DNA from: an uncultured Thiotrichaceae bacterium | GTDB lineage: Bacteria; Pseudomonadota; Gammaproteobacteria; SZUA-229 | Length of the DNA stretch: 34,133 bases | Reading direction: 5' to 3' | Assembly (NCBI GenBank): GCA_964425515.1 | Contig: CAYRNH010000002.1 | Location: forward strand, 1 to 34,133 | Part shown: positions 1-10,243 of the stretch, in pieces | How positions within the stretch are numbered: position 1 is the first letter of the stretch | Layout: every line of letters begins with the position of its first letter | Notes under the pieces: model-generated | Told to the model about the DNA's origin: nothing | The model's input: the letters and a program-made list of their open reading frames with translations, nothing else | Databases searched by the model: none | Program-made: the position numbers and the translations under genes

Positions 1-67
1 CCCCAAATTTATAGCTAAGTTGCTGTGAGATAAAGATTTTTTAGCTCTATTTCGGGTGTGAAATCAC

Positions 68-97
68 TTGACAGCAGGCGGCGTCCCTACCTATAGT
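68..97 (+). promoter_or_regulatory. Candidate sigma70 promoter of the dcw cluster (Pmra-like)
   Basis: TTGACA at 68-73, an 18-nt spacer, then TATAGT at 92-97, about 80 nt upstream of the mraZ ATG. Read directly from the sequence; no transcript data. Confidence 0.55.
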
Positions 98-105
98 GTC
101 AGTAT

Positions 106-130
106 GTGGGGATTAGTGGGTAATTGTGGG
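106..130 (+). promoter_or_regulatory. Putative MraZ operator: three GTGGG boxes in 10-bp phase
   Basis: GTGGG at 106-110, 116-120 and 126-130 (GTGGGgattaGTGGGtaattGTGGG), immediately downstream of the -10. This matches the TGGGN direct-repeat operator known for E. coli MraZ. Confidence 0.6.
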
Positions 131-175
131 TGATTATCTCTTTCACCCGATACAAAGAGACTGAAGACATATAGC

Positions 176-634
176 ATGAGCTTTCGCGGTATCAACAATC
201 TGGCAATCGACGCCAAAGGCAGAATGGCCATGCCGGCACGCTATCGTGACCGGTTGATGGAGTCCTGCGGTGGCCACCTGGTGACCACGGTTGATCGCGA
301 TCATTGTCTGCTGGTCTACCCCCTGCCCGAATGGGAAATCATCGAAGCCAAATTAATCGAGCTGCCCAGCCTCAACCAGCAGGCGCGTTTGCTGCAACGT
401 CTGTTGATCGGTCATGCCACCGAATGTGAGCTCGATAGCCAGGGCAGAATTTTAGTACCCACGATGTTACGCGAATTTGCGCACCTGGATAAAAAAATCG
501 TACTGATTGGTCAGGGCAAAAAATTTGAAATCTGGGATGAAGACACCTGGACCCAGAACCAGGAAAGCTGGATTGAAAAAGTGCAGAACGGTGAGGGTGA
601 GTTGCCTGCCGCTCTGGAAGACCTTTCGCTCTAG
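176..634 (+). CDS. mraZ: Transcriptional regulator MraZ (152 aa)
   Basis: The N-terminus MSFRGINNLAIDAKGRMAMPARYR and a second DSQGRILVP repeat give the duplicated SpoVT/AbrB-like MraZ signature. It is the first gene of the dcw cluster. Confidence 0.95.
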   Translation: MSFRGINNLAIDAKGRMAMPARYRDRLMESCGGHLVTTVDRDHCLLVYPLPEWEIIEAKLIELPSLNQQARLLQRLLIGHATECELDSQGRILVPTMLREFAHLDKKIVLIGQGKKFEIWDEDTWTQNQESWIEKVQNGEGELPAALEDLSL

Positions 635-639
635 CTGCG

Positions 640-1575
640 ATGGCTGAAGATTTTAGCCATCGGCCCGTACTTCTGGAAGAAGTACTGGATGCACTCAATA
701 TTCAGTCGGACGGAATATATGTTGATGCGACCTTTGGTCGCGGCGGTCATAGCGAAGCGATACTCGCGCGCTTGAATGCAAAAGGACGTTTGCTCGCACT
801 GGATCAGGATCCTGAAGCGATCGCGCATGGCAAGAAGTATTTTGCCGATGAACCGCGAATACATTTTGAACATTGCAACTTCAGTCAGGTGGCGCAAGTG
901 GTGGCTGAGCATAAACTGGAACAGCGTATTAATGGTGTCCTGATGGACCTGGGTGTGTCATCGCCGCAGCTCGATGATGCCGCGCGCGGATTCAGTTTTT
1001 TACGTTCCGGACCGCTGGATATGCGTATGAATACTGAAGAGGGTGAGTCCGCGATGCAATGGCTGCAGCGTGTTGAACTTAGAGACCTGATTTTAGTTTT
1101 GAAGCGTTATGGTGAAGAACGATTTGCAAAGCGTATTGCCAGTGCAATAGTGGCTGCGCGCGAAGAGGGTGAAATAGAAAACACGACACAGCTGGCGGAT
1201 ATTATTTCTGCTGCAGTGCCAGTGAAAGAAAAAAATAAACACCCTGCAACGCGTAGCTTTCAGGCAATACGCATTTTTATTAATCGCGAACTCGAGTCGG
1301 TAGAAACGGGTTTGCGTGGAGCGGCTGATGTTCTGGCCTTACAGGGACGACTTGCGGTAATTAGTTTTCATTCACTGGAGGATCGTCTGGTGAAGCGTTT
1401 TATGCGTACTCAATCGACGCCTGAGAAGTTACCTCCTGGGCTACCAGTGATGAATGCGGGTCTGCAGGCGCCATTTCGGCTGGTGAGCAAATCAATTGTT
1501 GCGAGCGAAGCAGAGGTGTCGGTAAATCCACGGTCACGCAGCGCACGATTGCGTGTACTGGAGCGCGTGCAATGA
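640..1575 (+). CDS. rsmH: 16S rRNA (cytosine1402-N4)-methyltransferase RsmH/MraW
   Basis: HRPVLLEEVLDAL...YVDATFGRGGHS is the RsmH SAM-binding N-terminus. 311 aa, in the expected position after mraZ. Confidence 0.95.
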   Translation: MAEDFSHRPVLLEEVLDALNIQSDGIYVDATFGRGGHSEAILARLNAKGRLLALDQDPEAIAHGKKYFADEPRIHFEHCNFSQVAQVVAEHKLEQRINGVLMDLGVSSPQLDDAARGFSFLRSGPLDMRMNTEEGESAMQWLQRVELRDLILVLKRYGEERFAKRIASAIVAAREEGEIENTTQLADIISAAVPVKEKNKHPATRSFQAIRIFINRELESVETGLRGAADVLALQGRLAVISFHSLEDRLVKRFMRTQSTPEKLPPGLPVMNAGLQAPFRLVSKSIVASEAEVSVNPRSRSARLRVLERVQ

Positions 1576-1847
1576 GTACTCGACAACAGACCTTTATTGT
1601 TGTCGTGCTTTTTTTTGCGGTGATGGCCTCTGCGATATTGCTGGTGTATAGCCGTCATGAAACGCGTAAGAAATTTGTTGAGCTTGGTCAGTTACATAAA
1701 CAGATGATAGCGCTGGATACAGAATGGGGTCGTTTGCAACTGGAGCAAAGTGCCTGGTCGGGTCACAGTCGCATTGAGCAGATTGCACGTACCCGATTAA
1801 ACATGGTGTTGCCTAAACCCGGCAGTGTTGTATTTATTAAGCCATGA
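1572..1847 (+). CDS. ftsL: Cell division protein FtsL (91 aa, single TM plus coiled coil)
   Basis: Small bitopic protein with TM segment FIVVVLFFAVMASAILLVY followed by a coiled-coil region. It lies between rsmH and ftsI, and ATGA overlaps occur at both ends. Confidence 0.9.
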   Translation: MSTRQQTFIVVVLFFAVMASAILLVYSRHETRKKFVELGQLHKQMIALDTEWGRLQLEQSAWSGHSRIEQIARTRLNMVLPKPGSVVFIKP

Positions 1848-3589
1848 AAGTTCATCCACAGACAACAACTAATAAACCGTTAGCGCGCTGGCGTAGAGTG
1901 TCGGTGTTGGTCGGTTTTGTGCTGGCGATCACTGCACTGCTCGCACGCGCGGTTGATTTACAGATGGTGGATGCCAGCTTTTTTGAAAAACAGGGCGATG
2001 CTCGGCATTTACGCCTGGTAACCATACCCGCGCATCGCGGTGACATACTGGATCGTAACGGTGAACCGCTGGCTATCAGTACGCCTGTTAGTAGCGTCTG
2101 GATGAATCCGCAACTGTTAGAGGCGGGTGATGCCGGATTACCGAAGCTGGCCAAATTGCTCGACATAAAACTATCGTCGTTAAAAAGAAAAATTCGCAGT
2201 AACCAGGAAAAAGAGTTTGTCTATCTGAAGCGACACATTCCGCCTGAGCTTGCGGCGCAGGTGGATGCATTGAATATAAGCGGTATTGCGCTGCAGAGTG
2301 AATACCGTCGATATTACCCAACCGGTGAAGTTACCGCGCAGGTGCTCGGTATTGACAACATTGATGATAATGGTCAGGAAGGCATTGAGCTTGCATACAA
2401 TAGCTGGCTCAAAGGTAAGCCCGGTAAAAAACGAGTGATTCGCGATCGACTGGGCCGTACCTTTAATGATATCGAACGTATTAGAGATGCTGTGCCCGGC
2501 AAGGTAGTGAAATTAAGTATCGATAAAGATTTGCAATATCTTACCTATCGCACGCTTAAGGCCGCCGTGCTGAAAAATAATGCAGTGGCGGGATCGGCTG
2601 TGGTGCTTGATGTAAAAACAGGCCGAGTGCTGGCGATGGCGAATCAGCCTTCTTTTAATGTCAATGATCGTGATCAGTTAATACCATCAGCCACGCGCAA
2701 TCGTGCAGTGACAGATGTATTTGAGCCGGGATCAACCATGAAGCCTTTGAGCATGGCGGCTGCGCTTGAATCGGGTGTCTGGAAGCCTGGTGACACGGTT
2801 CAAACATCACCTGGTTACATGATGATACAGGGTAATCCGATTCGTGATGATGGTAATTACGGCAAGCTTGATCTCGGTGGCGTGATTGAACGTTCGAGTA
2901 ATGTCGGTATCAGTAAAATTATATTGGCTATCAGTGCAGAACAACAGGCGGATATGTATCGAAAATTTGGTCTGGGCGCTACCACCGGCAGTGGTTTTCC
3001 GGGGGAAGCCAGCGGGCGACTTTCTCTGGATGCAGCCAGTAACGATTTTGAACGTGCAACCATGGCTTTTGGTTATGGTGTTTCGGTGACACCGTTGCAG
3101 CTGGCGCGTGCGTACCAGGCGATTGCCAATGATGGTGTTATTAAGCCGGTAAGTTTTCTGGCTGATTCTGAGTCAACCGGCAGCGTGCGCATTATGTCAG
3201 TAAAAACCGCACGCGAATTACGCAAGATGATGGAACGTGTGGTGAGTCCTCAGGGCACGGGAAAACGAGCGCACGTGCCAAACTACAGTGTTGCCGGTAA
3301 GACCGGCACAGTACATAAATTTGTCGCCGGTGGTTATGCGGAAGATCGGTATATCTCTGTTTTTGCCGGCATGGTGCCCGCTGATCATCCGGATGTTGTC
3401 ATGGTGGTGATGATTGATGACCCGCGCAATGGTGAATATTTTGGTGGCCTGGTGGCGGCGCCTGTGTTTAGTACCGTTATGTCGGGTGCGATGCGTTTGC
3501 TGGATATTCCACCGGATCGTATTTCGGATACCCATGTTGTAGAAAAGACGCAGATGGATAACGGACCTCACCACACGGGGCGCACCTGA
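1844..3589 (+). CDS. ftsI: Peptidoglycan D,D-transpeptidase FtsI (PBP3)
   Basis: 581 aa with an N-terminal TM segment. The penicillin-binding motifs STMK (GSTMKP), SSN (ERSSNVG) and KTG (AGKTGTV) are all present. Confidence 0.95.
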   Translation: MKVHPQTTTNKPLARWRRVSVLVGFVLAITALLARAVDLQMVDASFFEKQGDARHLRLVTIPAHRGDILDRNGEPLAISTPVSSVWMNPQLLEAGDAGLPKLAKLLDIKLSSLKRKIRSNQEKEFVYLKRHIPPELAAQVDALNISGIALQSEYRRYYPTGEVTAQVLGIDNIDDNGQEGIELAYNSWLKGKPGKKRVIRDRLGRTFNDIERIRDAVPGKVVKLSIDKDLQYLTYRTLKAAVLKNNAVAGSAVVLDVKTGRVLAMANQPSFNVNDRDQLIPSATRNRAVTDVFEPGSTMKPLSMAAALESGVWKPGDTVQTSPGYMMIQGNPIRDDGNYGKLDLGGVIERSSNVGISKIILAISAEQQADMYRKFGLGATTGSGFPGEASGRLSLDAASNDFERATMAFGYGVSVTPLQLARAYQAIANDGVIKPVSFLADSESTGSVRIMSVKTARELRKMMERVVSPQGTGKRAHVPNYSVAGKTGTVHKFVAGGYAEDRYISVFAGMVPADHPDVVMVVMIDDPRNGEYFGGLVAAPVFSTVMSGAMRLLDIPPDRISDTHVVEKTQMDNGPHHTGRT

Positions 3590-5127
3590 TGACATTGCTC
3601 AAAGTAACAGAAGGTGTTCGATTGCAGGAGCTGCTGGCCGGTTTTGTCGATGATAATTCGCTTGCAGTGAACGGCGATATAAGAATCCGGCAACTGGTGC
3701 AGGATAATCGCAAGGCAGGGGAAGGTGATCTGTTTCTTGCTTTTCAGGGATTTAATACCCACGGTTTACTGTATGCGCAGGACGCGGTTGCCAAAGGTGT
3801 CAGTGTGGTGCTGTGGGATGGTGACTGCGAGCGCCGCGAAGAAATTCTGGATTCCATTTCAAATAAAGTAGTGTGTCTGCAATGCGCTGATTTAAGAAAT
3901 AAGGTGGGCGAAATCGCTGCACGATTTTATGCCGAGCCTTCGGCCGATATGAATGTGATTGGTGTTACCGGTACCGATGGCAAGACATCGATTGCACATT
4001 TCCTGGCGCAGGCGCTGGATGATAATGACAGACACTGCGGCGTGCTCGGAACATTGGGTAATGGTTTTATAAATGATTTGCATCCCACGGGTCTGACCAC
4101 AGCAGATGCGCTGCAGGTGCAGAAAACGCTGGCAGAAATACGTGACGCAGGTTCTCGTCATGTGGTCATGGAAGTGTCATCGCACGGGCTTGATCAGGGC
4201 CGCGTTAATGGCGTGGCGTTTGATATTGCTGTGTTCAGTAATCTGGCTCAGGACCATTTTGATTATCATAAGACACTGGAGCGTTATGCAGACGCCAAGC
4301 GCAAATTATTTTATCAACCTGGCTTGCGGGTCGCGGTGATCAATCTTGATGATGATTTTGGCAAGGAGCTTGCGGCCGAATGTGAAAATAGATTGCCGGT
4401 ATGGGGTTATAGTATGCAGGCAGATGTAAGCGAATTGCAGCAGTACGCAAATAACATTGTGCATGCATATAGTGTTGAGTCGGTACATGAAGGTTTGCGT
4501 CTGAAGTTAAAGACACCTAAAGGCGATTGCATTCTTGAGGTCGGTTTACTCGGACGTTTCAATGCGTCCAATATAATGGCAGTGCTTTGTTGCTTGTTGC
4601 TAAGTGGGATTCCTTTCGAAGAAGCGATTAACCGTATCCGTAAAATACAGCCTGTGCAAGGCCGTATGCAAATGACGGCGGTCGCCGAAAAGCCAGTCGT
4701 GGTAGTGGATTATGCGCATACACCGCAGGCGCTGAGTGCGGCTTGCGCGGCCACACGTGAGCATATTGGTGGTGAGCTGTGGTGCGTGTTTGGTTGTGGT
4801 GGTGATCGTGATCGTGATAAGCGGCCTAAAATGGCAGCGGCAGCAGAATCGGCTTCAGATCATGTGATTGTGACCAGTGATAATCCGCGTCATGAGCCAC
4901 CGCAGCGGATTATCGACGACATTATGTCAGGATTTGCGCAACCTGAAAACGTGCAGCAGATAATCGATCGTCGCGCTGCAATTGAAGCGGCGATTAATCA
5001 GGCGCAGATCGGTGATGCTGTTCTGCTCGCGGGCAAGGGGCATGAGTCCAGTCAGCTGATCGGTGATGTGCACATTGCATTTGATGACATGCGCGTTGCG
5101 CGTGAAACGCTCGGGGTCGCCATATGA
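3589..5127 (+). CDS. murE: UDP-MurNAc-L-Ala-D-Glu:meso-DAP ligase MurE
   Basis: Mur ligase P-loop GVTGTDGKTS and the DNPR motif (TSDNPRHE) typical of meso-DAP-adding MurE. The start codon overlaps the ftsI stop (TGATG). Confidence 0.95.
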   Translation: MTLLKVTEGVRLQELLAGFVDDNSLAVNGDIRIRQLVQDNRKAGEGDLFLAFQGFNTHGLLYAQDAVAKGVSVVLWDGDCERREEILDSISNKVVCLQCADLRNKVGEIAARFYAEPSADMNVIGVTGTDGKTSIAHFLAQALDDNDRHCGVLGTLGNGFINDLHPTGLTTADALQVQKTLAEIRDAGSRHVVMEVSSHGLDQGRVNGVAFDIAVFSNLAQDHFDYHKTLERYADAKRKLFYQPGLRVAVINLDDDFGKELAAECENRLPVWGYSMQADVSELQQYANNIVHAYSVESVHEGLRLKLKTPKGDCILEVGLLGRFNASNIMAVLCCLLLSGIPFEEAINRIRKIQPVQGRMQMTAVAEKPVVVVDYAHTPQALSAACAATREHIGGELWCVFGCGGDRDRDKRPKMAAAAESASDHVIVTSDNPRHEPPQRIIDDIMSGFAQPENVQQIIDRRAAIEAAINQAQIGDAVLLAGKGHESSQLIGDVHIAFDDMRVARETLGVAI

Positions 5128-6527
5128 TGCAGTTATCCCAGGCAGCCAACATGTTAGATGCGAAACTGGTAGGCAAGGATGTGTTGTTCACGGCAGTGAG
5201 CAAAGACACGCGCACAATACATCAGGGTGATCTGTATGTGGCGCTCAAAGGTGAGCGTTTCGATGGCCATGATTTTATCAATGATGCGGCAGCGGCTGGT
5301 GCGGTAGCTGCCATGGTTGATGAAAATCAGAACAGCACATTGCCGCATATTAAGGTGGCGGATACGCGACTCGCGCTCGGTGCGCTGGCAGCGGGCTGGC
5401 GCCGCCAGTTCACCGGCAAAGTAGCAGGTATCACCGGCAGTAATGGCAAGACCACGGTGAAAGAAATGTGTCGTAGCATGCTGGTGCAGCATGCTGATGA
5501 GAAGAAAGTGCTGTCCACCCGTGGTAATTTGAATAACGATATAGGATTGCCGCTGACCGTGCTGGCGTTACGCGAGCAGCATCAGTTCGCAGTGATCGAG
5601 ATGGGCGCCAACCATGTTGGTGAAATTGATTATCTGACACATATTGCACAGCCCGATGTGGCGCTGGTCAATAATGCTGCGCCCGCGCATATCGAAGGTT
5701 TTGGCTCGCTGGAAAATATTGCGCATGCCAAGGCCGAGATTTATTCGGGTTTGAATTCTAAAGGAACAGCAGTAATCAATCTGGATGATCATTTCGCATC
5801 ACTGTGGCTGGATATATGTAAACAAAGAAGCTGCCGTACTTTTTCGCTGGAAAACACAGATGCGAATGTATACGCAAGTGAATTGCAGATGGATGCGACT
5901 GGCAGCCGGTTTGTTATTCATGTCGATGGCGTATCTGAAAAAGTTACGCTGGCTTTGCCGGGTCGGCACAATGTTATGAATGCGTTGGCAGCGACTGCAG
6001 TGTGTTCATCGCTGGATGTAAAGATAAAAACTATCGCTACGGCATTAAAGAATTTCAATCCTGTGAATGGCCGTCTCAATATCAAGCCAGCGATCAATGG
6101 TGCGCGCATGATTGATGACACTTACAACGCGAATCCGCAGTCATTCAATGCGGCCATGCAGGTGTTAACGAGCATGCCGGGTTCTGCGTGGATGGTCATG
6201 GGTGATATGGCCGAGCTTGGTAGCAACGCAAAAGAACTGCATCGTGCGCTTGGGGTACAGGCGAAACAGATGGGTGTGCAGCGTCTGTTTGCTACTGGCG
6301 AGCTCAGTCGTGAAGCGGTCAGGGGTTTCGGTATCAATGCAGAGTGGTTTTCAGAACAGTCGTCATTAATTGATGCTATCAAATCCGAGCTCAAACCCGA
6401 GAATATTGTATTAGTAAAAGGCTCGCGTTTTATGGCGATGGAAAAAGTAGTTAGTGCGTTGTTACCTGTTTCGAAGCAGGGTAAAAACAAAAACAACAGT
6501 TCTGGCAATCGTCAGGAGGTGAGCTGA
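5124..6527 (+). CDS. murF: UDP-MurNAc-tripeptide:D-Ala-D-Ala ligase MurF
   Basis: Mur ligase P-loop [10 protein letters not shown], 467 aa, ATGA overlap with murE, and the expected position. Confidence 0.95.
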   Translation: MMQLSQAANMLDAKLVGKDVLFTAVSKDTRTIHQGDLYVALKGERFDGHDFINDAAAAGAVAAMVDENQNSTLPHIKVADTRLALGALAAGWRRQFTGKVAGITGSNGKTTVKEMCRSMLVQHADEKKVLSTRGNLNNDIGLPLTVLALREQHQFAVIEMGANHVGEIDYLTHIAQPDVALVNNAAPAHIEGFGSLENIAHAKAEIYSGLNSKGTAVINLDDHFASLWLDICKQRSCRTFSLENTDANVYASELQMDATGSRFVIHVDGVSEKVTLALPGRHNVMNALAATAVCSSLDVKIKTIATALKNFNPVNGRLNIKPAINGARMIDDTYNANPQSFNAAMQVLTSMPGSAWMVMGDMAELGSNAKELHRALGVQAKQMGVQRLFATGELSREAVRGFGINAEWFSEQSSLIDAIKSELKPENIVLVKGSRFMAMEKVVSALLPVSKQGKNKNNSSGNRQEVS

Positions 6528-7609
6528 TGCTGCTCGCTTTGGCTGAACATTTAACACGGTACTACAGCGGGTTCCACGTATTTCAGTATCTGACCCTGCG
6601 TACTATTCTTGGCACCATTACGGCCCTGATGCTGTCACTCATTATCGGTCCCGGTGTGATTCGTAAACTGACCAGTTACAAAATCGGACAGCAGGTGCGT
6701 GATGATGGCCCGCAATCGCATCTGACCAAAGCGGGTACGCCCACCATGGGTGGTGCTTTGATCCTGGTTTCGGTGGCAATCAGCACTTTGCTATGGAGTG
6801 ATTTGCATAATCGTCAAATGTGGATAGCGTTGATCGTGACCTTGCTGTTTGGTCTGGTTGGTGGCGTCGATGATTATAGAAAGCTGGTGTACGGTAATTC
6901 AAAAGGACTATCGGCAAAATACAAATATCTGTGGCAAACCGTGTTCGGTCTGGGCGCAGCCTGCCTGATTTTTGTGACGGCCAAAACGCCCGTTGAGACC
7001 ATTTTGATTCTGCCTTTTGTGAAAGATGTGATGATTCCACTTGGCTGGGGTTTTATCGTGCTCAGTTACCTGGTGATCGTCGGAAGCAGCAATGCGGTGA
7101 ATTTAACCGATGGTCTGGATGGTCTTGCGATTATGCCCACAGTCATGGTGGCGGGTGCGCTTGGTGTGTTTGCCTATGCCACCGGGAATGTCGCATTTTC
7201 AACTTATCTCGGTATTCCTTATATCAGCGGTGTCGGCGAGCTGGCTATTTTTTGTGGCACGCTGGTTGGTGCCGGTCTGGGTTTTCTCTGGTTCAATACG
7301 TATCCCGCGCAAGTTTTTATGGGTGATGTCGGTGCGCTTGCGCTGGGCGCAGCGCTGGGCGTGATTGCTGTACTAGTGAGACAGGAGCTGGTGCTGCTGA
7401 TCATGGGCGGTGTGTTCGTGATGGAAACAGTATCGGTTATCTTGCAGGTCGGTTCTTACAAATTGACCGGCAAAAGAATTTTTCGCATGGCGCCGCTGCA
7501 TCATCATTTTGAACTCAAGGGCTGGCCAGAGCCGAGAGTGATCGTGCGCTTCTGGATTATAACCGTGGTGCTGGTGCTGATTGGCCTGGCATCACTCAAA
7601 GTACGTTAA
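6527..7609 (+). CDS. mraY: Phospho-MurNAc-pentapeptide translocase MraY
   Basis: 360-aa polytopic membrane protein with [13 protein letters not shown] and the HHHFE motif ([12 protein letters not shown]). Confidence 0.95.
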   Translation: MLLALAEHLTRYYSGFHVFQYLTLRTILGTITALMLSLIIGPGVIRKLTSYKIGQQVRDDGPQSHLTKAGTPTMGGALILVSVAISTLLWSDLHNRQMWIALIVTLLFGLVGGVDDYRKLVYGNSKGLSAKYKYLWQTVFGLGAACLIFVTAKTPVETILILPFVKDVMIPLGWGFIVLSYLVIVGSSNAVNLTDGLDGLAIMPTVMVAGALGVFAYATGNVAFSTYLGIPYISGVGELAIFCGTLVGAGLGFLWFNTYPAQVFMGDVGALALGAALGVIAVLVRQELVLLIMGGVFVMETVSVILQVGSYKLTGKRIFRMAPLHHHFELKGWPEPRVIVRFWIITVVLVLIGLASLKVR

Positions 7610-7622
7610 CGATAACTGGAAA

Positions 7623-8984
7623 ATGCAACAGGCAACCGCAATCATGACTACGTCGTCAATCAAACAGCAAGCTTATACCCTGGTGGTAGGGCTGGGTGTG
7701 ACTGGCATGTCGGTAGTGAAATATCTGCGCGGCCTCGGTGAAACAATCATTGTCGCCGATAGCCGTGAACAGCCGCCGCGTTTGTCGCAACTGCAGGAGT
7801 CGTTTCCTGAAGTGACCGTGTACTGTGGAACTTTTGATGCGGAGCTTTTCAAACGTGCACATCGTATTGTGCTGAGCCCTGGTGTAGCCCTGACAACGCC
7901 CGCGGTGCAGGAAGCGAGTCAGGCGGGTATTGAAGTCACGGGTGATATCGATTTATTCGCGCACGAAGTGCATGCGCCAGTCATCGGGATTACCGGTTCG
8001 AATGGCAAAAGCACGGTGACGGCTTTGTTAAATGCGATGGCTTTGCGCGCCGGTGTGCGCGTCGCCATGGGCGGAAATATAGGCACACCCATTCTGGATT
8101 TGCTGGATGATGAAAATCAACTCTATGTTATCGAGCTGTCGAGTTTTCAGCTGGACACCATGCACGATTTACAACTGAAAGCAGGCGTGGTGCTGAATAT
8201 TTCAGATGATCATATGGACCGTTATGCGAATTTTTCGAGCTATGTCCAGAGCAAACAAATTATGTATCAACATTCGCGCAACTGGGTCGTGAATCGCGAT
8301 GACACGGTTGCCAGCGCAGCGCCGTTTGTGGCCGAGCACGTTACCGGGTTTACTTTATCTGCGCCCGCTGCGAATGATTTTGGCCTGTGTGATATTAAAG
8401 GCGAAGACTGGCTGTGTTTTGGTAATGAAGCCTTGTTGCGCACCAGCGAGATGAAAATTAAAGGCCGACACAACGCAGCGAATGCGCTGGCGGCACTGGC
8501 GCTGGGTCAGTATGCAGGGCTTGATATGAGCGCGATGCTCGATACCCTGCGTGAGTTTACCGGCCTGCCACATCGCACTCAGTGGGTCGCAGAAAAAGCG
8601 GGCATCAACTGGTACAACGATTCGAAGGCCACCAATGTCGGTGCGGCACTGGCGGCGATTAATGGACTGCCTGGAAAGCATGTGTTGATCGCGGGTGGTG
8701 AAGGCAAAGGCGCAGATTTTTCTGCCTTACGTGATGTTGCCGAACGCTTACGCGCGGTTGTGCTGATCGGGCGCGATGCCGACATTATTGCTGATGCATT
8801 GGGTGACAGTGTTGTTCAAGTACACGCCAAAGACATGAAGCAGGCGGTGCAATTCAGTGCCGAGCTGGCGCAAGCCAGTGATAATATTCTGTTGTCACCT
8901 GCCTGCGCCAGTTTTGATATGTTCAATAATTTTGAGCACCGCGGTGAAGTGTTTATGCGCGAAGTTCAGGAGTTGCTGGCATGA
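7623..8984 (+). CDS. murD: UDP-MurNAc-L-Ala:D-Glu ligase MurD
   Basis: Rossmann-like VVGLGVTGMS and P-loop [10 protein letters not shown]. The ORF track starts at 7581, inside mraY. I prefer the first ATG after the mraY stop (7623); ATG 7644 is an equally plausible start. Confidence 0.9.
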   Translation: MQQATAIMTTSSIKQQAYTLVVGLGVTGMSVVKYLRGLGETIIVADSREQPPRLSQLQESFPEVTVYCGTFDAELFKRAHRIVLSPGVALTTPAVQEASQAGIEVTGDIDLFAHEVHAPVIGITGSNGKSTVTALLNAMALRAGVRVAMGGNIGTPILDLLDDENQLYVIELSSFQLDTMHDLQLKAGVVLNISDDHMDRYANFSSYVQSKQIMYQHSRNWVVNRDDTVASAAPFVAEHVTGFTLSAPAANDFGLCDIKGEDWLCFGNEALLRTSEMKIKGRHNAANALAALALGQYAGLDMSAMLDTLREFTGLPHRTQWVAEKAGINWYNDSKATNVGAALAAINGLPGKHVLIAGGEGKGADFSALRDVAERLRAVVLIGRDADIIADALGDSVVQVHAKDMKQAVQFSAELAQASDNILLSPACASFDMFNNFEHRGEVFMREVQELLA

Positions 8985-10243
8985 AGCTGAACTTCACCAT
9001 TCCCAGTGTTCGAGAATTAAAAGAGCTATCGGCTGTGCATCTGAGTGATATCGATCGCACGCTTGCATTAGTGACCATTTGTCTGCTCTCTCTGGGTATC
9101 GTGATGGTGACATCGGCTTCTATTACGGTAGCTGATCGTAATTTATCGAATCCATTTTATTATCTTGAGCACCAGCTGGCCTTTGTCGCGGTGGGGTTGT
9201 TCGCAGGTTTTGTGGTGTCTCGAATCAGACTGGTGCAATGGGAAAAATCCGGTATGGCGTTACTCGGCTTTGCGTTGTTCTTGCTGGTACTGGTATTAAT
9301 CCCGGGTATTGGTAAGAACGTCAATGGCAGTACGCGCTGGATTCCACTGGGTATTTTTAATTTGCAGGTATCCGAACTGGTCAAGCTGTTTATGATGATA
9401 TATGTCGCGGGTTATCTGGTGCGGCACGGTGATGCAGTGCGCACATCTATGTGGGGCTTTATCAAACCGATGTTGCTGGTCGGTCTGGCTGGTTTGCTGT
9501 TAATGATGGAACCTGATTTTGGCGCTACCGTGGTGCTCATGGGTACCGTGTTGTGCATGACTTTTCTGGGTGGTGTGCGCTTTATACAGTTCATCTCATT
9601 TTTATTGCTGTTCTGTTTTTCGGCGGTGATGCTGATCGTAACCTCGCCGTATCGTATGGAGCGTCTGACTTCGTTTATGAACCCGTGGGCGGATCCATTC
9701 AACAGCGGTTTTCAGCTGACCCAGTCGCTGATCGCGATCGGGCGGGGTGGCTGGTTTGGTGCAGGCCTGGGCGCCAGTGTACAAAAACTGTTTTACCTGC
9801 CAGAAGCGCACACCGATTTTCTGTTCGCCATTCTTGCTGAAGAGCTGGGTTTTATTGGTGTGTTCGTGGTTATTGCGCTGTTCTGTGTTTTATTCTGGCG
9901 CGCGTTCCGCATCGGTGTGATGGCAGAAAAATCGGGCAATCGTTTTGCAGCCTACCTGGCCTATGGCATTGGTGTCTGGCTGGCGATGCAGGCGATTATC
10001 AATATTGCGGTGAATATGGGCCTGCTCCCCACCAAGGGTCTGACTCTGCCATTGATGAGTTACGGTGGCAGCAGTCTGGTCGTTGTCTGTATGGCGATTG
10101 GTTTGCTGATGCGCATATATAAAGAGTGTAATGCCAATGTGATTCAGGCCGTGGCGCGTAGTACCCGAGTGCGCGGGCGCAAGGCTGCAAATACTGCAGA
10201 TTATAAAAAACGCCGGTCGGCGTTCGCGGGGCACAGGGCATGA
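8981..10243 (+). CDS. ftsW: SEDS-family peptidoglycan polymerase FtsW
   Basis: 420-aa polytopic protein with SEDS-like segments (PEAHTDFLFA, GLLPTKGLTLPLMSYGGSS). It lies between murD and murG. Confidence 0.93.
   Translation: MKLNFTIPSVRELKELSAVHLSDIDRTLALVTICLLSLGIVMVTSASITVADRNLSNPFYYLEHQLAFVAVGLFAGFVVSRIRLVQWEKSGMALLGFALFLLVLVLIPGIGKNVNGSTRWIPLGIFNLQVSELVKLFMMIYVAGYLVRHGDAVRTSMWGFIKPMLLVGLAGLLLMMEPDFGATVVLMGTVLCMTFLGGVRFIQFISFLLLFCFSAVMLIVTSPYRMERLTSFMNPWADPFNSGFQLTQSLIAIGRGGWFGAGLGASVQKLFYLPEAHTDFLFAILAEELGFIGVFVVIALFCVLFWRAFRIGVMAEKSGNRFAAYLAYGIGVWLAMQAIINIAVNMGLLPTKGLTLPLMSYGGSSLVVVCMAIGLLMRIYKECNANVIQAVARSTRVRGRKAANTADYKKRRSAFAGHRA

Noticed and set aside
7581-7622. Upstream extension of murD in the ORF track ([14 protein letters not shown]...)
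   Set aside because: It would overlap mraY by 29 nt and add residues not seen at MurD N-termini. ATG 7623 or 7644 puts the Rossmann GLG motif at a normal distance from the start.
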